A DNA stretch of 64,000 nt from a virus, in IMG/VR virus record IMGVR_UViG_3300028833_002847; one strand, given 5' to 3'. Under the pieces are notes generated by a model. That model was not told the origin of the DNA. It did not search any database and was given only the letters and a program-made list of their open reading frames with translations. Below are positions 22,478 through 30,802 of the stretch, piece by piece. Every line of letters begins with the position of its first letter. The stretch's first letter is position 1. The translations under genes and the position numbers were made by a program.

Positions 22478-22560
22478 TATCAAATCTTAAACATTTAATT
22501 AAAACATCTTGTCAAATCTTAAATTTTAATTAAAATATATTATTAATGTTTAGAAATTTT
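22478..22560. repeat. Tandem direct repeats, about 29 bp x2 (AAAACATMTTRTCAAATCTTAAAYWTTTAATT)
   Basis: Two adjacent near-identical units in an ORF-free AT-rich stretch. Confidence 0.4.
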
Positions 22561-22812
22561 AATTCTACTACACTTCTTAATATTAACTATAATATTTAAT
22601 TTCTATTATCGTCTTTTAAAAGTTTCTTCTATGTAATCTTTTTCTAATATACTTTCTAATTAACTATATTTATCTGTTACTTCGTCTAATGCAATCTTTA
22701 ATTTATCTATCGCATCTCCTAGCTTTATAATTTGTTCAATCTCAAGTTTCTTCATAATCTATAGGCTCATCTCCTATACATATACTAATAATACATAATA
22801 TAAGAATTAATG

Positions 22813-23037
22813 CTATAAGCCACACAATTTCACCTCTGGAATATTTTCTAAAACTTCCTTATAAAACTCCATTATACAAATTTTAGCAATTACCTCATCA
22901 ATATTTTTTTGTTCTTCTTCTGTTAATCTATATAGCAAAATATCTTCTATGTTTCTTTCATAAATATGATAATGATTCTTTATTATCATTTTACCTTGTT
23001 TAATATAACATCTACAATTCTTTTTAAAATTTTCCAT
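22813..23037 (-). CDS. Hypothetical small protein
   Basis: ORF in the track. Confidence 0.3.
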   Translation of the reverse strand: MENFKKNCRCYIKQGKMIIKNHYHIYERNIEDILLYRLTEEEQKNIDEVIAKICIMEFYKEVLENIPEVKLCGL

Positions 23038-23066
23038 TTTTAAAATTCATTTTTCAAAATCGAAAT

Positions 23067-23387
23067 TTAAAAATCATTTTCTATAATCATTAATGGATTT
23101 TTCAAATTCAAATTTGCTAATTCTTTAATAAATTGAATATTTAATTTGCCCTCTATCATATAATGAATTAATTTCTTTTCCAAAAATTTCCACTTTTTAT
23201 CTAAAGAACGAATAATATCCCAATATACCTCTTCATCAAAATCATCTTCATACATATAATATAAAAACTTAATATATTCATTTATATAATTACCAAGCTG
23301 ACTTCTTTTCATCACAAATAATTTAGGATATATAGGTAAAGGATTATATCTTTCCCCATACATTTTATAAAATTCAACCTCAGTCAT
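23067..23387 (-). CDS. Hypothetical protein, 106 aa
   Basis: ORF in the track. Confidence 0.3.
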   Translation of the reverse strand: MTEVEFYKMYGERYNPLPIYPKLFVMKRSQLGNYINEYIKFLYYMYEDDFDEEVYWDIIRSLDKKWKFLEKKLIHYMIEGKLNIQFIKELANLNLKNPLMIIENDF

Positions 23388-23464
23388 ATTTCTCCTTTCA
23401 AAAAAGTTGACTATATTCTTTTGTATTCTTTTATATATTATTTTATATTCTATATAGTCTTTCT

Positions 23465-23590
23465 CTGTCCAAATTTACTAAACCCTTTGACCAATTTGGA
23501 CATACCCTTTGACTTTTTTGGACATACCCCTTGGTCCAAATTTGTCAAACCCTTTGACTTTTTTGGACATACCTATTTTATAGGCATTTT
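23465..23590. repeat. Iteron-like repeats: TTGGACATACC x3 interleaved with AAACCCTTTGAC x3
   Basis: Seen directly. Intergenic, next to the minus-strand module. Candidate replication origin or operator. Confidence 0.45.
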
Positions 23591-23949
23591 CCGCACTTTC
23601 TCCATTTCCAAATTCATTTTTGGAATTTCATAAAAGTCTCAATATCCTTCTTCATTCTTAACCAAATAACCCCTCTCCTTCAACACTCTCTTAGCCTTTC
23701 TAAATGTACTTACACTAATACCAAATTCATTATAGGCTGCAACAGGAGAAACCCAAAACTCATAGCCTTCCATATTCTTTGCAAAATATAGTCAAACTTC
23801 AAATTGAGCAGGAGTTAAATCTCTTAAAGCATATTTAATAGACCTTAAATTAATAGCTGCATAATAATTATCTACTAATCTACCATCGCAATCTTCTTTA
23901 TTAATCACAACATATTCCTGATTTGGATTTGAATCAAATTTTACATTAG

Positions 23950-24375
23950 TTAACATTCCCAATACCGTTCTAGCAACATTTTAACACCATCTTGCTTATT
24001 TTTGTCAATGATTGCCCGCACATCTAAATCTTCATATCTATTTTCTTTATCTTCACTTACTATCTCTTGGTTTAACTTATAAATCGTATTATAATCAACA
24101 TGAATTAAATTATCTTCATCTTTTATAAACCAACCATATTCAATTAATTTTTCAATATACTTTTCATATTCTTTAATATCTAAACCTAAATAATTTGCAA
24201 TATCTTTACCATCTAAATAAATCTCTTCTTGACCACTCTCATATAAATAACTTTCTAATATCATATAAAATAAAACTATAGAATACATATTAATATCACT
24301 AAATGTTCTTAACATAATATAAACAACCAATAGTTGTCCATCTTGCAAATCTTGTTTACTTAAATCAATTTCCAC
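23950..24375 (-). CDS. Hypothetical protein, 141 aa
   Basis: ORF ending at TAA. Confidence 0.3.
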   Translation of the reverse strand: MEIDLSKQDLQDGQLLVVYIMLRTFSDINMYSIVLFYMILESYLYESGQEEIYLDGKDIANYLGLDIKEYEKYIEKLIEYGWFIKDEDNLIHVDYNTIYKLNQEIVSEDKENRYEDLDVRAIIDKNKQDGVKMLLERYWEC

Positions 24376-24770
24376 TATAGTTCTCCTTTATCTACTGCAT
24401 CCAAAAGCTCTAGAAATTCATAATCAACTTCTAATTCTCCTTCATCATTTCTAACTAACCATCCTTCTTCCTGTAACATACCCACTATATCATCATACAT
24501 CTCAGCAGGACTTTTACCATTTCTTCCACTAATTCCTTGACCTATATATAAAGTTCTAATTTCATCTTCCTTCATTCCAAAAATAAAAGAAAACAAAATT
24601 CTATAGGCATCATAACCAGAACTATAATCATTCATCAATCTAATTACACTTCTAGCAACATTAGCATTCTTTTCTTTCTCTCTAGCTTTCATAAGCAATT
24701 GTTCATATCTATCTTGCTCCGCAAAAGCTTTCTCTAAACTTTGCATAACTTCTTTAAATTCATCAGTCAT
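24375..24770 (-). CDS. Hypothetical protein, 131 aa
   Basis: ORF in the track. Confidence 0.3.
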   Translation of the reverse strand: MTDEFKEVMQSLEKAFAEQDRYEQLLMKAREKEKNANVARSVIRLMNDYSSGYDAYRILFSFIFGMKEDEIRTLYIGQGISGRNGKSPAEMYDDIVGMLQEEGWLVRNDEGELEVDYEFLELLDAVDKGEL

Positions 24771-25080
24771 AAATATATCCTCCGCGGGACGATGCTATAT
24801 TTCACTTTTAGCAACTTGAATATTTCATTCTTATACTTCTTCAGTTCTAATTTGATATTTATCAAGAACCGTTTTATCCTTAACAATTATTCATTCATTT
24901 TCATCTAAACTCTTATATAATTTAACACTAGCAACTCTAGCTTCTAATTGATATATATCTAAAATATCATTAACTGCTTGCTCTTTCCGCACATATTTAC
25001 CTAAAAAATCTTTATTATTATATAAAGAATACATTTTCATAATAATCTCCTAAAAGAAAGGGGAGTATAAAACTCCCCTT

Positions 25081-25686
25081 CTACCGCACATTTACTCTAT
25101 TTACTATATTTTGTTTGCAACCCTTCCATTCACTGTGGTCTTTAATGGTTGCTCTAATCCTTATCTTGCTACCTTCTTCAATCTCCTGTTCACTATTGGT
25201 AAACCAAACAAAGATATTACCATCTTCATCTACAAACTCAAATCTATGTCCAATACCGTAATAACCTTCAAACTCACTAATCCGCAACACTTCAACATTA
25301 AACTCAAGTCTTTGCTTGATTTCACCAACCCACTGGCTATTCTTATACATCTCTTGAATAGCCTTCTTTTTAGCTTCTTTTTCTGCTACCTTCTTATCCC
25401 AATCTTCTTTACTCATAAAAGCATTAATTTCAATAACACCATGAGAAAAATTGAAATGTTTAGTTTCAAGAAGCTTTACTTCAAAACGGCCAATTTTACC
25501 AACATATTCCTGCTGCCAAAATTGAATATATCCTCCACGAGTACCTTCCCAGCCACCTATATCTTGACAACTTCCCTCTTCAAGATATTTAGAAAGAATA
25601 CCAAACTGCTTATTGGAAAGTCCCCTCTCTCCGCAATAACCATTTTCATCTACAAGAGACTCAACGATTTTCTCTGCAAAAGTCAT
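25081..25686 (-). CDS. Hypothetical protein, 201 aa
   Basis: ORF with RBS, preceded by a terminator-like GGGGAGT...ACTCCCC hairpin at 25060-25080. Confidence 0.35.
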   Translation of the reverse strand: MTFAEKIVESLVDENGYCGERGLSNKQFGILSKYLEEGSCQDIGGWEGTRGGYIQFWQQEYVGKIGRFEVKLLETKHFNFSHGVIEINAFMSKEDWDKKVAEKEAKKKAIQEMYKNSQWVGEIKQRLEFNVEVLRISEFEGYYGIGHRFEFVDEDGNIFVWFTNSEQEIEEGSKIRIRATIKDHSEWKGCKQNIVNRVNVR

Positions 25687-25841
25687 TTGATATCCTTTCT
25701 CTCTTTCCTTAATTATATTATACTATAAATAAAGAACAATTGCCTAGATATCAATTTTATCAAGATATTCAAAATAACAACTTGCAAAAATAATAAACAA
25801 AATTAAACCAAGAAGGCACAGTCCGATAAAACCAAGCATAT

Positions 25842-26024
25842 TTAAACTCCCATCTTCTGCTTAATATATTGAATATTATTCAACTGTTTCTTATCAATCT
25901 TTCCAATAACAGTGTCTATATCATCTTTTCTCTTTATCAAAATAACTTTATTCTTATCTTCCAAACTCTCTTCAGCTACAACATCAAAACAATCATCTTC
26001 ACTATAAACAGTAAAAAGAATCAT
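25842..26024 (-). CDS. Hypothetical small protein
   Basis: ORF in the track. Confidence 0.25.
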   Translation of the reverse strand: MILFTVYSEDDCFDVVAEESLEDKNKVILIKRKDDIDTVIGKIDKKQLNNIQYIKQKMGV

Positions 26025-26026
26025 CT

Positions 26027-26350
26027 TTAATACTCCTGTTCAATAAGCTCCGCGATTTCACTTAAATTCTTTTGATGTTCAACAACCTTATAGGCAATTT
26101 TTACAATTTCACTTTTATAACTCTTATAAAAGCTTACAAAGATTTGACCGTCAATATTTCCAAAACCCCGCACATAATAATCTTCATTAGCTTTAAAACC
26201 AATATTCTCCATCTCTTGGTTGAAAAACATCTTGTAATAATTTCCAGCATTATAAGTAACTTGCGATTCAAGCTCCATTTCACTAATTTCAAAATGGGTT
26301 TTACCCTCATACTGCTTTAAAAGAATATTAGCCATAATTAAACCTGCCAA
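26027..26350 (-). CDS. Hypothetical protein, 107 aa
   Basis: ORF in the track. Confidence 0.3.
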   Translation of the reverse strand: MAGLIMANILLKQYEGKTHFEISEMELESQVTYNAGNYYKMFFNQEMENIGFKANEDYYVRGFGNIDGQIFVSFYKSYKSEIVKIAYKVVEHQKNLSEIAELIEQEY

Positions 26351-26685
26351 TCTCCAACAATAGTGCGGATTATCGTTTCATCTCCGTATTCATCTTTATA
26401 ACTAACCATCGGCAACTTTTCAAGAATTCGTCGCCATGTCCCGCAAGATACTCCTTTCTTATATTGTCTTGCAATAGCATCAAGAGCTTTAATATAAGCA
26501 TTTATCTCACAAAAAACTTCAATATCTTTAATATCTCCAAAATAAATAATATAAAGATATTGAGCATTAGCAAAGATTTCTCTTGCAGCAAAAGAATGTT
26601 TAAGAACTTTAACCGCAGTTTTTTCAAACTGGTCCTCAGCTTCAAAATGCTTCTTACCAAAGAAAAACTTCATGTTCTTATCCAT
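26338..26685 (-). CDS. Hypothetical protein, 115 aa
   Basis: ORF in the track. Confidence 0.3.
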   Translation of the reverse strand: MDKNMKFFFGKKHFEAEDQFEKTAVKVLKHSFAAREIFANAQYLYIIYFGDIKDIEVFCEINAYIKALDAIARQYKKGVSCGTWRRILEKLPMVSYKDEYGDETIIRTIVGDWQV

Positions 26686-26843
26686 TACTTTTTCCTTTCT
26701 CTTACTTTCTTATTATAAGTATATCAGAAATATCTTCCAATTGTCTAAAAAATTTTTCCTCAATTCTAATTTTTATTTTTGACAATCTTCTAAAAGATAT
26801 TTTATAATATTATCCAATAGGCAAAAGAAAGGAGTTATTCCTT

Positions 26844-27593
26844 ATGATATATATAACTGGAGATTGCCACGGAGAAGTTCTTCAAAGATTTAGTTATAAT
26901 AAGCATCCATTTCTTAAAAATTTAACCGCAAATGATACTATCTTTGTTTTAGGAGATATTGGATTATATTGGCCTAATTATGAGAAAGAAACTGAATATC
27001 AATTAACTAATATTAACAAACCTTGGAAAACAATATTTATCGCAGGTAATCATGATAATTATGATTTTATAGAAACTCTACCAATAGTTCAACCAAACTT
27101 TTTAATTTCTGGAACTATTAGACAAGATAAACAATTTTATTGGATAGATAAATCTTGTATTTTAAAAATAGATAATAAAATAATACTCTGCATAGCTGGA
27201 GCGAAATCTCACGATTCTAAATATATATTTGAAAAAGAAGAAAAATCCTTTATAAAAATAGCAAAAAGAAGAAATTTACCGTATAGAATAAATCATATAA
27301 CATGGTGGAACCAAGAGGAAATAGATATAAAGGATGTGCGGGCAACCCTTAAAAATTATGGTTCAAACAAAGTTAACTATATCATGTCACACGATGCTCC
27401 CGCACACTTCAATAATATAGCTAAAAAAATAGATATATATAATGATTATGAAGATAATGAAGGAGAGCTTTTTCTTGAAGAGTTAGATCAAACATTAGAC
27501 TTCGACTATTGGTATCACGGACATTATCATTTCGAAGATTATATTTACGAAAATCATGTGTGTGTTTATCATTCTATTTTACCAGTTAAATAA
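26844..27593 (+). CDS. Calcineurin-like metallophosphoesterase
   Basis: GDCHG ... GDIG ... GNHD motifs. RBS AAAGGAG. Confidence 0.6.
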   Translation: MIYITGDCHGEVLQRFSYNKHPFLKNLTANDTIFVLGDIGLYWPNYEKETEYQLTNINKPWKTIFIAGNHDNYDFIETLPIVQPNFLISGTIRQDKQFYWIDKSCILKIDNKIILCIAGAKSHDSKYIFEKEEKSFIKIAKRRNLPYRINHITWWNQEEIDIKDVRATLKNYGSNKVNYIMSHDAPAHFNNIAKKIDIYNDYEDNEGELFLEELDQTLDFDYWYHGHYHFEDYIYENHVCVYHSILPVK

Positions 27594-27723
27594 AAATAAT
27601 TTATCAACTGAATAAAATTTCTTGTTCCCAACTGTTCAATTTTCATTATATAATATAATTGTCCAAAGGGGAGAGGACAAAACACAAAAAGTGTTTGACC
27701 CGTAGGACACGAAAGGAGCCATT

Positions 27724-28122
27724 ATGGCTAAGAAGTTTAATGTTACCCGCAAGGACGCTCTCAATCAGATTATCGTTTTCGCTCGTGAGAATGGTTATGA
27801 CAACGCAGATGTTCTTGAGGTTGTTGATAACATGCTCTCTAAGCTCCAGACTACTACTAAGAATACTGGTGAGACCGTAGCCCATCGTCAGAATGCTAAG
27901 CTCTTGGAGAAGAATCTTCATCTTTTCGATGGTGAAGACGTAGCTCTTACTGCTCGTGAGTTTGCTACTATTGCAAAGGATTTTCCGGTTGACAATACTG
28001 GACGTCCTTCTGTGCATAAGGCTACTGCAATTCTTGTGCAAGGAATTAACGATGGTATTCTAACCAAGGTGGCTCCTGAGAAGAAGTCTCACCCTATGCG
28101 TTACGCTCTTAAGCAGGACTAG
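27724..28122 (+). CDS. GC-rich paralog family member C, 132 aa
   Basis: Paralog of 16049..16438 and 20720..21108. Confidence 0.6.
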   Translation: MAKKFNVTRKDALNQIIVFARENGYDNADVLEVVDNMLSKLQTTTKNTGETVAHRQNAKLLEKNLHLFDGEDVALTAREFATIAKDFPVDNTGRPSVHKATAILVQGINDGILTKVAPEKKSHPMRYALKQD

Positions 28123-28227
28123 TATTTATTAAGAGAAAGGATTTTATGCATCCTCCTTGATATTTTGTTTAGTCCTATTGGCTTTCAACTAAAGGAGCAA
28201 TGATATGCATCCTCCTTGATGATTTTT

Positions 28228-28308
28228 GGGCGTCTCAGTTAGGAAGTTGTTTTAAGATAGTCCGGACCCTGTCTTAAAACCCAGCTGAGACGCCCTATTT
28301 TTTTTATT
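28228..28308 (+). terminator. Long structured rho-independent terminator
   Basis: 11-bp stem GGGCGTCTCAG/CTGAGACGCCC enclosing an inner TAAGATAG/CTGTCTTA hairpin, then a T10 tract. Preceded by two copies of ATGCATCCTCCTTGAT. Confidence 0.55.
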
Positions 28309-28359
28309 TTCAACTGTAAAATTAAAATGATATAATATAATTGTCGAAAGGAGAGAAAG

Positions 28360-28650
28360 ATGTTCTATATTGATGAGAATGATTATCCTGAGAGCTATAG
28401 TGAAGAAATTCTTAAATATCAAACAAAAATTCTTGAAGTTGTAAAAACCTTCAGTGGAGAAAGGATTGATATGTTTGAGAAGTCTATTTCTATTGTTTTT
28501 GGGCAGCGTATTCGCATTGAATATGACTGGGTAGGACATCGTGGAGAACTTTTCCTTGCGACTCGTGAAGATGCTTTTGCACAGAACATCTACAATGAAG
28601 ATATGTACTGGGATTCTTATGAAGAGGATTATGACTATGATAGGTATTAA
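28360..28650 (+). CDS. Hypothetical protein, 96 aa
   Basis: ORF with TATAATATAATTGTCGAAAGGAGAGAAAG leader. Confidence 0.35.
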   Translation: MFYIDENDYPESYSEEILKYQTKILEVVKTFSGERIDMFEKSISIVFGQRIRIEYDWVGHRGELFLATREDAFAQNIYNEDMYWDSYEEDYDYDRY

Positions 28651-28905
28651 TACCGAAATGTATCCAGATTCTTACGACAATAATACAAATGCTTTCTCTT
28701 ATCTTTCAACCATTAAATCATTATATGAATCTGAACAAAGTCTAGAGTATGAACCTATAATTGAAACTCTTATTTATAAAGCTGAGAAAGAAAATATTTA
28801 TATTCGTTTTGGTTGGATTAATCATGAACATGAATATTTTCTTGCAACTAAAAACGATGCATATGATGAAATTGCATATTTGCTATATGATTGTGAGGGA
28901 TAATA

Positions 28906-29391
28906 ATGGGATTTGAACTTGGTTTTTCCACTCACGAATACGATGAAAACCGTGACTTTATTAAAGATATTTTTTGGTCTTGGTGCGGTTGGGAAAATAC
29001 AGACCTTTATGAAGCTCTTTCTGAACTTTCTAATGAAGGTTATACTCGTGCTTGTTCTGATACTGAATGTCATATTCCAATTGAAAATCTTGCATTTATA
29101 GAGACTCTTTATACTCGTCTTTATAATAATCCTCATTATGTTATATATCATAAACTTCTTGAACTTGAAAAAGATGATTTTGCACAGAAGTATTTTGATA
29201 ATCTTACTATAGACCAGAAAGCTGTATTTTATCTTTGCTTTTATTTTGATGACCCTAAAATTACAGCTTTTACTCGACTTCTTATTGAAAAAATTGAATA
29301 TGAAGGCTATTTTATTGTAGAATCTCTTTATGAAGCTTATCAAAAAGCTAAAGAAATGAATCTTAAAGAGGTTATACTTTATGGAGGATAA
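28906..29391 (+). CDS. Hypothetical protein, 161 aa
   Basis: ORF in the track. Confidence 0.35.
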   Translation: MGFELGFSTHEYDENRDFIKDIFWSWCGWENTDLYEALSELSNEGYTRACSDTECHIPIENLAFIETLYTRLYNNPHYVIYHKLLELEKDDFAQKYFDNLTIDQKAVFYLCFYFDDPKITAFTRLLIEKIEYEGYFIVESLYEAYQKAKEMNLKEVILYGG

Positions 29392-29447
29392 AAAGTGCGG
29401 GACATGCCCTCATTTTATTAAGAAGGTGTCGTAATTGAGTTTTGGAA

Positions 29448-29528
29448 TGATTTTTGCATTGTTTCTTGTTGCCGCTGTAGTGATTATAGGTCTTTGTGGA
29501 GGTGGCGATCCTCCCGCATACTCTTAAA
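29448..29528 (+). CDS. Tiny hydrophobic peptide, 26 aa (MIFALFLVAAVVIIGLCGGGDPPAYS)
   Basis: Short ORF that is a paralog of the 34667..34795 peptide (shared I.G.CGG core). Confidence 0.25.
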
Positions 29529-29593
29529 TTTTTCTTGTCTATTGGTCTAAGAATATTATATAATATACTTATAGAGTGAAAGGAGATATTCTA

Positions 29594-30565
29594 ATGACCA
29601 AGGATTTCTTTAAGTATAACCATGTTATTCGTTATGGTAAGCAAGATGTAGACGGTTATCTTAATGGTACTGTCTATGTTGAGCCTAAGATTGATGGTAC
29701 TTCGTCTGCTATCTATTGGGATGGACAGGACTTTGTTGTTCAGTCTCGCAATCGTATTATTACTCTTGAAAAGGATAACGCAGGTTTCTGTGATTATATT
29801 CTTAATATTACTGATGGTGTTGCAGATGTAATTCGAGATTTTTGTAAGGCACATCCTAACATTGTTGTTTATGGAGAATGGATTGGTGGCTGTTTTGGCC
29901 GCAAGTTCATCGGAACTATTAAGTATTATCTTCGTGGTGGTTTTTATGTATTTGACCTTCGAGATGCTAATATAGACCGTTCAGATATGGAAGCCTTTAC
30001 TGTAGACCATAAGGGTTTTTATACTCCTGATGATGATATTTTCATTGAACTCCGCAATCTTATTCCAGATAATGTCGTTCCAGTAATTGCTAAGCTTGAA
30101 AATCCAACTTTTGATGAACTTCTTCAGCTTGTAGAAGATTGTCATTATATTGTTCCTGAGAACGAGCACGTTGAAGGTGTAGTTCTTAAGAATTATGCTT
30201 ATCGTGATAAGTATGGGCATTTCCAAATCGCTAAGATTGTCCGCAAGGAATATGTAGAATCTAAGGGACAAAAGCATCATGTGGTAGTTGAGCCTGGAGC
30301 AGATGAAAAGGCTATTATTGCTGATTGTATGCTTAATGCTAAGCTCGAAAAGACTAAGAATAAGGTTCTTATCGCTCTTGGAGAAGATGAGTGGAAGAAT
30401 GAGGGTAAGTTTATTGGTTTCTTTCTTAACCTTATTTGGGATGATTTTATTAATGAAGATTTTGATAATCAACTTCTAAAGCGTTATAATTATCCAACTC
30501 TAAACTTTGCTCAGCTTAAGAAGCTTGCATTTATTCGAGGACGAGAGTTTCTTGGACTCTGTTAA
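29594..30565 (+). CDS. ATP-dependent RNA/polynucleotide ligase (covalent nucleotidyltransferase superfamily)
   Basis: Motif I KxDG (VEPKIDGTS), a downstream VVYGEWIG motif and a C-terminal Lys-rich region. RBS AAAGGAGATATTCTA-ATG. The track ORF starts earlier at an alternative codon. Confidence 0.55.
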   Translation: MTKDFFKYNHVIRYGKQDVDGYLNGTVYVEPKIDGTSSAIYWDGQDFVVQSRNRIITLEKDNAGFCDYILNITDGVADVIRDFCKAHPNIVVYGEWIGGCFGRKFIGTIKYYLRGGFYVFDLRDANIDRSDMEAFTVDHKGFYTPDDDIFIELRNLIPDNVVPVIAKLENPTFDELLQLVEDCHYIVPENEHVEGVVLKNYAYRDKYGHFQIAKIVRKEYVESKGQKHHVVVEPGADEKAIIADCMLNAKLEKTKNKVLIALGEDEWKNEGKFIGFFLNLIWDDFINEDFDNQLLKRYNYPTLNFAQLKKLAFIRGREFLGLC

Positions 30566-30593
30566 GAAAGAGTGCTCCGCACTCTTTCTTTTA
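30566..30593 (+). terminator. Rho-independent terminator
   Basis: GAAAGAGTGC-TCC-GCACTCTTTC followed by a T tract. Confidence 0.6.
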
Positions 30594-30802
30594 CATAAGG
30601 ATAAAAAAAATGAATTGATATTGAATATTATTACCTGAAGTTTTTATATTTTTATTTAGTACTCTTGCATTTAATGAAGACCTTCCTTTTTGGAAAATAA
30701 TATTATATATTCATGGTGCTTTATTTATTTTAATTGAAATAATATTATTAAGTTATCAACTTTGTACTAGTTTAAATATTCCTGTAATGAAAGTAGGTTA
30801 AT

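Noticed and set aside
22478-23590. CRISPR array
   Set aside because: Only 2-3 irregular short repeats, with no uniform spacers and no cas genes. The pattern fits iterons or tandem repeats instead.
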